Both the position numbers and the translations under genes were made by a program. A stretch of DNA of 64,000 nt from contig JAKMXF010000199.1 of the NCBI GenBank assembly GCA_024704765.1, positions 558,605 through 622,604 on the forward strand. The letters run 5' to 3'. Below the pieces are notes generated by a model. The model was not told the origin of the DNA. It worked only from the letters and a program-made list of their open reading frames with translations, and searched no databases. Below, piece after piece: positions 1-10,874 of the stretch (the stretch's first letter is position 1; each line of letters opens with the position of its first letter). Origin of the DNA: Oopsacas minuta. Lineage: Eukaryota; Animalia; Porifera.

Positions 1-190
1 AGGTATTAATACATATACAATTATACATTCTATAGAGATCTATGGAAAAATGATTTTGGAAATTTCTGAATTTTACAAAATCTCTGCCTGATAGAGAAAA
101 ACTGATTGGATATTTGGAATCAGGGTACTTGAATACATAAGAAGCATTACCGTGAATTCCAGAAGCAAAAAATGATGAAAATTTGTTGGA

Positions 191-210
191 CAGTGTTATG
201 GGACACCCTG
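191..210. repeat. Right terminal inverted repeat of a Tc1/mariner-type element extending off the left edge
   Basis: cagtgttatgggacaccctg followed by TA; the reverse complement begins CAGGGTGTC, like the TIRs at 7552 and 38072. Confidence 0.5.
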
Positions 211-429
211 TACACATTGATAATGATATTAACTTCAAACTCAGTTATGAAGGTTACAATAATCCTCCAAGTTATTTTGTTCGAGCTAAAGGACCCAAGC
301 TCACCTTACTGGGCATGTAAACAAATCTACCAATATACTGTAGGAATGCTGAAGGGGGTCCTATACAATTGAATAACTATTACAGGTACAATACCAGAAT
401 TCAAAGGAAGACTACAATATTTCACTTCA

Positions 430-1370
430 GTATTAAGATTCGCATGTATTATGCGACACACACCTAACTCAACATATCAATATTTGAAAAATTCTTCCCC
501 TTCTAGCAATTCAGCTACGAGAAGAGTTCCAAATAATTTTACACGTTGCAACTTCTGTAAAGAAATCATCAGTCTTTGATCATTCTCTGATAGGCCCATT
601 CTGCGGGGTATCTATTTGTATACATCACATCTCGTGCTATCAAATAAAGTACGGATATCAGGATAACATTTACAACCTTTTTATGATTGAAGTGTATTCT
701 CAATAAAAACTGCTCAATCTTGGATGAGTTCGACATACACGACGTATCATAATACTATTCCTCTCAACTTTTGACCTTTCTTACCAATCACGAGTATCTT
801 CATCACACACGAACTTATCAGGAAAATTAGTCTATGTAATATCTCGAGCACTCGGATAATTTTATTTGCTTCAAACCACCCAGTGAGAGTAGTGTTTTTG
901 CCTCCTCTGTACTTCTTCTAAATTTTCATTTTCCCGGCACGGTACTGTTGCTGATTTTCATGGTGTAGAGCTAATCTCATAACATGTGGCCTATGGCATG
1001 GAGTTCATATGCACATGGACGATAGCAAGCTTCCGCAGCAGACAGGTAAGAACTTAGATCACTTCATAGGTACATTCATTGCTTGGAAACCAAAAAAGAT
1101 GTCTTGTCAGGATAAGAGCTAATCGTGTCTGTATTAGGAAGAAGTTCCTGATTTACCCTGAGCCATTGATTAGTAATTATGTATAAGTTGCTACTTCGGA
1201 GTTGTATTACTTCTATATTAACAGCTATGGTAATAAAACGTGCTAAAAATCCGATAAGAGGAAATAACTCGTTGTCAAAAGACAAAACAATCCGATTATT
1301 GTATAAGGGAATTTCGAATAAACAATGTCTATACTGACTTGACGACAAAAAAACTCGATTGGACAAAACC
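430..1370 (-). pseudogene. Degraded Helitron Rep/helicase fragment
   Basis: Manual minus-strand translation gives frameshifted pieces SYLSAAEACYR, PHVMRLALHHENQQ, TTLTGWFEANK and EQFLLRIHFNHKK. They match, in order, the conserved Helitron RepHel stretch (RYxSAxEAxWR / PxVxRLxxHL / TTLTAWFxxN / ERFYLRLLL). Confidence 0.7.
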
Positions 1371-2459
1371 TGGTTTCACACGTCGAGTCTTGAACGAAAT
1401 TCACAACTAAGACGAACGTTTGTCGTCATTGTCAACTTTCTGATTCTCGACACATCACATTATTAACCATTGCTCAACCAATATACATGATAGAAGTTTG
1501 AAATTTGAATAACAGGTACCCTTCAATGTACAAATGTCTTGATGCCATGATTCTGACCCAAAGCTAACTCATCATTGGATTATTACATCATCATGACTGT
1601 TCAAAAGAATATAAATTTCCAAATTTTGTTTTTGTAATTCCTAGCAAAAAGTGACCTAGAGGCTCAGGTATCACAGAAGGCCTTAAAAATTTAATTTTGG
1701 CGGGCCATGGATAATTAAATATTAAAATTTTGGTATTTTGAATTTGTGGGGCGTTGTGCCGAGAATATTCTTTCGCTTAGCGAATAATAATACCAAGAAA
1801 TTTAGCTGTTTAAATACTTAAGGGGATCTGAGTTCTAAGTTGTTGCGGAGCGGCATAGCAAGCAAAGCGCACTAATACTGAATATAACAATTGTATTTTT
1901 CTTATCTCAACTTGAAATGAATAGTTGTGTCAATTACTAATTCGTATTTCAAAACAGTTATTTTATTATCATCTACCATTTTTCTACTAACTTACTAGTA
2001 GTATCTACAAAGAGACATGTTCTATCCCGTGGCTTCAATATTATCTATTTTAGTTACATGCATCTTTTCACGATCGGTTAACCAGTTAACCGCCAGGACA
2101 TAATGAATTTTACCCGCACCATAAAATCGATTAACCAACCCAAGTCCTGCTTTCGATTAAGGAATGTTTGGGGACCCCATCTACATTTGGTTATAGGTGG
2201 AATTTCATTCCAACTTGATTAAAATTGCTTGCAATAAATCATCAATAAGGGATGAGGAGTAATTCCTTATATCGGGAGCTTCATTACACATCCGTCTGAC
2301 TTGTACGAGAGTTTACTGTCCGAAACTATATAAGTTGATAAATTCCATAAATTTAATCTGGGCAATAGAAAATTCGTCCCTTCAACATTTTAGGGGTCGC
2401 CACCAATGATGAAGTATAATGTCGCCCCAGCCTGTATAATAGTCAGCCTGGCCAAATAT

Positions 2460-2583
2460 CACAGGCGTAGCTAGGGTTGCGGAAATTGTGCAGCATTGCC
2501 GCACTTGTAATAAATTTATACATAAAATTTGGTTGTCACAGGAAATTTGGTGAGGCATGTGCTGCACCTTGACTACGCCCTTG
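2460..2583. mobile_element. Small hAT-like MITE
   Basis: Imperfect TIRs (cacaggcgtagc / gactacgcccttg) with a degenerate 8-bp TSD, ccaaatat vs tcacatat. Confidence 0.45.
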
Positions 2584-2676
2584 TCACATATCTTTGGAAC
2601 ATCAAACTGAAACTGCGATGGCCTTATATTATCTAGGTCATAATGATATGTAGAGATGTATAAATCTATTTCATTA

Positions 2677-4557
2677 CAGACAGCCCTCGCCATTCGCGGG
2701 GGTTACGTTCCTGAGAATTGTCGCGAATGGGAAATCGCAGACGGTGAGATGTTAGTTAAATGAGAATAATGGGGTTACGTTCCTAGATTACAAAATTACA
2801 AACAATTAGTGATATTTGATATGATCGTAACGTATAATCAAGCCCTAATTATGAGTTTGAAAAGGGTTAATTGCATTCACTGAGATATAAATATTAATTG
2901 TGAGTGAGCATAAGAAGGTATTACTTGCTCATTGAAATAAGAGAAGTTTTTTTGTTTCAAGTAATTAATATGCCACACAAAAACAAAAATGTTGAAGTAG
3001 TCTGTTACAGAATTATTTAGAATGGAGATGTGTTGTTACAAAACATCAGTACTTTGTCTTACTTCACTCAGGCTACTTGTGTTTCGCTATCCATAATGGC
3101 TTAATGATATATTTTGCTAAAATTCCGTGAACCAAGTCATTAACCAAGTCATTATCTTATTTTTTCCGGAATTTTACTCTTTAATATTAATTATGACGTC
3201 ATTTAAATATTCATTTTGACCTCCATTACTATTATTTACCTTAATTATTTCCCTACTTGACAACTAGCTCTGAAAATGACTCAATAACGAGAAGAGAGAA
3301 ATTGTGAAGACACTTCTACAATCCGGAAAGCTTTGCCCAAGGAGATCTCTGTTAATTGTGGAATTTCCTTAGCTACAGTTTACACTGTTAAACGCGATTA
3401 GATTAAGGTGTACCGCCATCTCACCAAGAGGGCGCAGGAGACCCAATAACTTGCGATCTTCCATCAAATTGTCTTTTCTTCACCAGGTATGATGTAATCC
3501 ATACCTCGCTTTGCGAACATTAGCAAGTCGTACAGGTAATAAGGCTTCCTATCAGACTGTCCGGAGAATGTGAAAGACAAATCATCAACAAACCTTACCC
3601 TGTTCAGATCCCTATGCTGAGTGAAAAAATCGCATGTATAGGATAGAATGGGCAAAAAAGTACAAATACTCGAAGAAACAATGTGCCCAAACAAAATTTC
3701 TTGACGAGATGTCAATCTGGCTCTCAAGGGGAAGATTAAGGATGTGGACAAAATCCAACAAAAAAAGGATCGCCCCAACAACGAAGCATGTCCCAAAGAT
3801 ACACGTGTGGGCTGCATTCTCCTCTATGGGTACATTCCCATTGTGCGTTTTCACTAACAATGTGAACAGTGGAATGTTTTTAGATATAATGGAAGGATAT
3901 TTGATAACTCAGGCACAGGTATATCATGAAAGTCACTGGCGATTGGTGATGGATAATGATCCAAAACACGCCTCGAAAAAGGTCTGCACCTGGTTGGCAC
4001 AAAATGTACCAAATCAGATTCCATGGCCTTCACCAAGTCCAGATCTTAACCCCATTAAAAATTTATTCGCATGGGTGAAGGGAGAGATACTTAAGCTAGG
4101 CCCAAGGACAATTCCAGAACTGAAACTCAATTTAGAAGCGGAATCTTATTCAACCAGATTTCTCAAACCTTGCTGGGAATCAATGCCCAGAATATGCCAA
4201 CTATTAGTAGAGGGCAATGGGTATCCTATTAATTATTAAGATCTATTACTTCACTCACATTTTGGGGTATATATGGCAATGTATACTGTAACTCTAATAA
4301 TTTTAGGCTTAAGTAACAATTCTAAATAAATATGTAACAGACTGTAGATAATATGTCCATGTAAGTGGGCTCTTTATCGAGAAAAAATACATTTTCGCTG
4401 TAGTTATGCATACAAAATAGATAAATTGCCAAATTTACTACCAAACTGACAAAACTCGGAACATAAACCTCGAATAATCGAGAGAATACATCGCGAACGG
4501 TAAAACGAGACACATATTTTCTCAATAATCGTAACAGGGAATGGCGAGGGTTGCCTG
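2677..4557. mobile_element. Non-autonomous pogo/Tigger-like element carrying a nested Tc1
   Basis: TA-flanked TIRs cagacagccctcgccattc (2677) and gaatggcgagggttgcctg (ending 4557). A related solo end occurs at 22230. Confidence 0.65.
2998..4344 (+). mobile_element. Tc1 (DD34E-type) element with degraded transposase
   Basis: ~26-bp TIRs (tagtctgttacagaattatttagaat vs reverse complement cagtctgttacatatttatttagaat). ORF 3634-4239 has VWAAFS, MDNDPKH and WPSPSPDLNPIKN; there are 34 residues between D and the E position, which is mutated to K. The N-terminus is broken by stops. Confidence 0.8.
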
Positions 4558-4685
4558 TATTTTAAAACTCCAAATCAATTGACTGGCTACAAGGACCATT
4601 ATTCAAAGTAGTAAATAGATGAGTATCGTAGAATTCAGACACAATAAGACTAAATAATAGCCAACACACAATGTTTAAGGACTGC

Positions 4686-7382
4686 AAGGGCTCTATCTAG
4701 GATTTTAAATTTGGGGGGAGGCTTTGAAATCCTTAGTACCCGATTATCAAAATATTACAACCTTGAAGTAAACACCAAACATTTAATCTAATTCTTAATA
4801 ATGAAGATTTCTATCGTTAGTAAAACATGAAAGGGTCGCTCACAAATTGATTTTTCCAATTTTCATTTCTTTATAATGCTCCAATACTGCCTCTAAATTT
4901 TCATCAGATAGGTGATCAGGACCTTCAATACATATGCGCATACAATAATCAAGTGTCTCTTCACTCATTCGGCTGCGAAGTCTCGTTTTTATTAATTTCA
5001 TATTGCTGAAACTCCTTTCGACTGTGGCTGTTGTCACTGGTAATACTTCCAAAATAGCGGCTATCTTTGCCAAGTTTGGAAATGCAGCATATATCTCTCC
5101 GTTCCCCAGCAGTCTTGAGAGTACAAATTGTAAGGACCTACCTTTGTACTGTAGGAAAATTAAGCGTCGAAACAATTTCCACTCTGACTCAGTTTCTTTA
5201 GCTTCGATGGCAGGCTGTGATATACCTTCATCTCCTCCTACATTGATCCTTTGTACTACACTATAAAAATCCGTGAGTGTCTTAATCTGTTCCATTCCGT
5301 ACTCTGATAATTCTTCTTCTGTACCAGGAAGAGGGCGAGGGTCAAAAACAGACATGGCTGAAATGAGTTCAGTAGACTCCATCCGGACATTAATATGATC
5401 TATGACACTTTGGCGGTATGGTCGATATACCTTGTGAAGAAATTCACTCTTCTCTTCTTCCAATACCACGATATGTTTCTCTCCTAATTGAGCATCATCA
5501 GTAAAAACCAAAGAATGTTCCTTGAACCATGTGCTGCTTGTTACATCTTCTTTGAGCTCCAACAGCCATTTAGTAGTACTAGCAACCATCGATGGCACAC
5601 TCGCAAGATCAATATCCTTGGCTTGTAGACTTCCTTGCAATTTCGCTACGATATGAAGAACATCTGATAGCATGTAGATACATGCGACAGTCTTGTACTT
5701 CAATAAGAGAGTTACAATTCCATGTGATTCTGCATCCCCAGTTTCTGCGTATATCTCTTCAAATGTACTGACCAAAGCTGGTAAACTCCGTCGCACAACA
5801 GACACAGCTCTCTCACAGGCTAACCAGCGAGTATCACTAGGCTTCCGCATTTTGATTTCAGGAGCCTGAAGTTCAGCTTGAATCTCACCAAGTTTCTCAG
5901 CTTTTTTGGGAGAAAAATGAAAAGCCTTCCAGATTGTTAATAGTGTACCCAAAACTCTCTTCAGTACTGTATGTTCTGATGCAGCATTTAATGCAGCAAG
6001 TTGAAGCTTATGGCAGCGACAGTGCACATAGATAGAGCTTGGTGCATGTAATTTTAGTCGTATTTGAACACCACTTATATGACCCGACATAGTATTTGTA
6101 TCATCAAAACCAAGTCCACGCATCTTATCAAAACAAATGTTTTTGGAATGAAGAAAAATTCGAAGGTAACAAGCGATCGCTTGAGCATTTTTCTCCTTCG
6201 CATGCAAAATTCCAAGAAAATGTTCTACTGGTTTATTATCTTCTATCCAACGTGCACATACTGACAACTCTTCTTGTGATGCTACATCCGTACTTTCATC
6301 TGCCATTAATGAATAATATGGGCTAGCACTGAGACTGATGATGATCCTCTTCTCGATTACATTGCGAATACTTGAGAGAAGTTCCACTATTGTGGTATAT
6401 GATTCATATGTCGCATTGTGTGGACACTTCTCTCTGTGAGATTTCTGTATGATGTCCCCATTCTCAATTTGTAAAGTAATGAGGTTTTCAAATGTAGTTG
6501 TATGGTGGATATGATGCTTAACCAAGAAATATAAGGATTGAATAAGCTTTTTCATTATGTCACGGTTCTGTTTCTTCTCCTCCGCAGTGGCTGCTTCCAA
6601 TTGTTCCATTACATTACCATGTTCCTCTGTTGATTGAGACATAACCATTCTTTCGATCGCTGCTGCGTGCCAATCAGATTTCTCATGTTGTATTAGCAAA
6701 CTTTTCGCCTTCACCCAATTGTTTATAGGTCTTGTCACCCATGCACCTCTCGCTTATATCGGTGGTTTACCATGGACCTTACAAATCGTACACACCATAC
6801 CATTTTGGGTTGAATCGTAGTCCATCCAAGTATATTCATTCTTCCAAGTAGGATTATAAACTAAGTTGTCCTTGTAGGCTCGCATTTTTTTGGCTGTTTT
6901 AGAAGCGCATGGAGTAGAAACAATCGCATCTTCCTCTGGTGGTTGTGGTTCAGACTCAGATATATTGTTACAACCCGAAATATTTCTTTTAGTTCCTCGA
7001 ATGATAACAAATTTATCCATGTGGTAACACTGGGTTAATCAATTATTACCTATGTGAAGTTAACAAAAAGAATTGTTTCCGCTATATTATACCTCAAGAA
7101 TTCGTACATCACTAATATATAGGCGGCTGGATAGTGGGAAGCTGTACTTTCCAACATATGTTATTATTTCGCAGTTGCAAATTGTATGAAATGTGATTCA
7201 GGTTTCCTATTATTTATTTACACTTCAAACTGTATTTTCACAATGAATTGATATTCTAATAATTTATCCATTGAATAATATATTGCGATTAATAGTACAT
7301 TTTATGAGATTTTTGGGGGGGGAAGTTAAAGAGTTTGGGGAGGAAGCTTCCCCTCCACCCCCCCCCAGTAGATAGAACCCTG
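4686..7382 (-). mobile_element. hAT element (ZMYM1/ZNF862-like transposase)
   Basis: TIRs agggctctatcta / tagatagaaccctg with G/C-run subterminal tracts. The TSD is only partly preserved (actg..). Confidence 0.85.
4840..7020 (-). pseudogene. hAT transposase, ~726 codons with one in-frame TAA at 6754-6756
   Basis: ORFs 6754-7020 and 4840-6738 are in the same frame (GKPPI*ARGAWVTRP). Motifs: TTF-type Zn finger (CTICK...WHAAA), LMADESTD, CRCHKLQL, PSDTRWL and the hAT dimerisation motif TATVERSFS...RLRSRM. Confidence 0.88.
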
Positions 7383-7551
7383 ACTGTAGCTTAAGTTACA
7401 CATTCTTAGTTGGTTGCCATGATGTCATTTTTAAATTCAAAGCCATTAAGTAACAATAATGCAGTGAGAATGCAGAATGATAAAATACTAAGTAAAGAAT
7501 TTTGACAAGTGTATTGTGCACATCTTAACATTACCAAGACCAATCAATATA

Positions 7552-8855
7552 CAGGGTGTCTAATAAGTTCTGTCCTCAATGTTTGCGCCTGCTATAGTGT
7601 ATACATTTAACCAATTTGGTTGATATTTTGCAAACTGATAAATATTTAGTAATAAATTGTTTAGTAAAGTGTTTACTCAATAGATCCTCCCTTTTGAGAA
7701 ATTACAGCCTGTAGCCACGACCTAAAGTTCCCTACTGCATTTCGCAGCTCACCTTGTGGTGTTTTCTGCTATTCACGCTGAAGGGATAGCTCCAGAGAGT
7801 CCAAACTCGTGTGAGGTTTAGCACAGGCCCTTGACTCCAGATTAACCCAGAGGCTATAATCGAGCGGATTCAAATCTGGGCTAGATGGGGGCCATTCGTC
7901 TTTGCTAATACACTCGACTTTTCTTACCCTTAACCAGTCTTGAATGCTTTGGAGGCATGTGCAGGTGCAGAATCCTGTTGAAATATCCAAGTGTTTTTCT
8001 GAATAGATTTTGTCAAGCTACACTGATTTCCTGTTTCAAAAATCAATTCTTGGTATGTCACAGAGTTGATTTTGACCCATTGGCGGACAAAAATCAGATT
8101 GGTCCGTGCATTTTTGGACACACCGCCCTAGGCCATCACAGACAATGGCTTCTGCACTTTATCGATGTATTTCATGTTTCTGGGATTGCTGTGGAACTGG
8201 TAGCAAGAATCCGGTCATTTTGTCTGTTCCAAGCCTCTTCAATCGTGAAATTTTTCTCTTATGAGAAGAGGATCTGGCCTTGGGCCCCCAGGTGCGAACC
8301 GCTGAAGAAGTGCTTTCGATCTAACCAGCCTCTTAGTCCGAATACTCGGGTTAAGGTAGTGTGCCTTCTTTCTTTTAAAATACTTTGGCCCTAGATCCTC
8401 AACTACCAGTTTTCGCATCGTTTCATGCTTAACCGATAACTGACGGGCCATTTTACTGATAGATCTCGGGGATGCCAAGAAATTTGGCAGTAAACTTTGT
8501 TTTTCAATGCCGGAGTCATTGTAGACCTTGGACGACCGGATCTAGGTTCATCACTCAAGCTTCTGATATCCTTATATCGTTTATGGTACGATATAGCTTA
8601 GGTGAAATTTTTCTATTTTTTAGCTTTTGAAAAATTTCCTTTTTTGAGCTACTTGTCTCGAAAAGTGCGATAATTTTGGATCTAATTTTTCAGGCATTAT
8701 TTTCACAAGTATACACAATATTATGTATAAGCCTATTATATCGTTAGAAAGAGCAGAAAAATGTTACAAGTTATGCATCTACAATTTCTTGTGTGTTCAT
8801 ACGTAACTATGCAATGAGATGTGAATTATGAGGACAGAACTTATTCGACACCCTG
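7552..8855 (-). mobile_element. maT/DD37D Tc1-mariner element, frameshifted transposase
   Basis: TA-flanked ~27-bp TIRs CAGGGTGTC(T/G)AATAAGTTCTGTCCTCA. Fragments FQQDSAPAH and WPPSSPDLNPLDYSLW give a 37-residue D-D spacing once the frameshift is repaired. Confidence 0.88.
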
Positions 8856-10180
8856 TAAATATCTAATCTAGCTCTAGGAAGGGCAGCTGGATTTGATAGA
8901 TAGCTTGCTGCAAACACCCATGCATTGATCGAAATTTCGAATACATTAATCCTCAGGCGAAACGAGAAAATAGACTTTCATACTAGAACCTTGGAAATTT
9001 CTTCACAGTTAAATAAATACATAATTCTTTAACGTGATTAATGAACAATAGTATATGCACATGACAACCCAAAGTCTCCTAGAATTTCTTGTCCAATCTG
9101 AGTTTCCAAAATCATATTCTGTTAACCATTTCGCTTACTTCTTCAGTGTGTGCAACTCATTCAAAAGGATCATATACACTCAATAAAATATCATTTGGTT
9201 GTTAAACAAGTCAATATTGGTGTGGAGACTAGACTATATAAAGATTGGACCAGTATTGAAATCGATTACTACCATAGCTCCATCTAGCGTTATGTAACCC
9301 TCGCACCCTAAGGGTATTTAGATAAAATTTCGCGCACGCTCATAACTTTTACCAGAAACCGCGCATCCCTAGGTTCGGAGCATTAAGATAAGGACTCGTT
9401 GACTACCTAAATATTATGAGAAATTAAGCCTAAAGAAATCAAGCGAATTGGAGAACTCGCTTAAATTTCCTTGTAATGTTTATTATTAGCTTTCCCACTT
9501 TATCACTCTGTATTGAATCACAACGCATTGCTAACATTATAGTACTCTCGTAAAAGTGATAACTCAATATTGATAAAATCTATCAGCATTATCATCTCAC
9601 TCAATTCATTCATTTGATGAGAACCTAGACAATCAACGTCAAATGCAATGAGATGATTTCCACAATAAGTTGATAAGGCTATGAATTTATACGCGTTAAT
9701 TCATTTTCTCCAAGCCTTGGGGCAATTTCTGGCATAATTATTACATTAATTTATCGAAAATAGTCAAATATTATTGTCAAGAATTACATCAAATACATGA
9801 GATTATAATAAATATCTTTTGCAAGTAAATAACATTTCCAATAGTCATAGATGATATCTATCAGAGCAAGCCTGGGGAAATATTGGGAAGGCCGACTCGT
9901 CTAAGGGCCTCAAATTTAACTATAGCATATTTCAGAATAAGCGCAGGGGGCTTAAAACGCTGCAAGAGTAAAATTATTTCGCTAGCTTCTGGAAGGAATT
10001 CATTGAAGAAATTTACGGCTCATTTCACTATGCAACAAATTAGAGAATTTGTTTATCAAATCTTCAGTAATTTCCAAAATCGAAATAATTGTAAAACCAA
10101 AAAAATGCTCACGAAAATACTAAGCGCTGTGGAGCTCATTCAGATCAATACAGAGTTCCACCATTATTATCCAGTTTCTT

Positions 10181-10444
10181 ACGGTCCAACCTGCTTGATG
10201 GTCACCTCTGGATAAGGCCACCTGCACATAGCGGCCACGAAAAACAGTCCCCTCCGATATCCCATTGTACTTACCTATGTATAGCCGCCACCATTTTGTC
10301 CCTTGTGGCGCTAAACCTGTCCATAACGGGTACTACCTCTATATAACTGCCACTTCCTTTATCGAACGGCCATTATATAGTGGTCGCCTCACACAATGTC
10401 TACCTTTGACAAGTCCCTTGGGGCGATCATTACATACTTCACTG
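10181..10444. mobile_element. Possible pogo-derived MITE with internal ggccac/gccac subrepeats
   Basis: TA-flanked cggtccaacctg...ttcactg ends and several similar internal motifs; the TIR match is loose. Confidence 0.3.
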
Positions 10445-10874
10445 TATTATATTAAATATCGGTCTGACTATTTAGTCGTGCATAGGGAGAGGGCCTGGAA
10501 GCAGGTAATATCTGAGCCTCTCCGATCCGAATCTCTGAGATGACTTATCTCCAAATAATATCTAAGTTGACTCTGACAAGAGGTTGGGGATCAAAGATCC
10601 AGTACGCAATCTTCCGAAAGAAGTATCTTAGGACGTATTACATTTAATAAATATAATTAGACTTTAATTAATTAATGTTTTAGAATGATTAATTCTCTGC
10701 AGAATCAGAATAATGTTTAGTAATGGTAATTTGATTTGTAATGATCTTAATAGTATACCGTGATATAAATTAGAAGGAATGTATGCTAATTGTGATTTAC
10801 TAGTAACAATATTTCTAGGTAGAGCCGAATACACATCAAAACTACAGGATATAAAACTCATCAATTGACACAAT

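Noticed and set aside
9883-10543. ORFs of 110 and 92 aa
   Set aside because: Non-ATG starts, no motifs, and overlap with MITE-like sequence.
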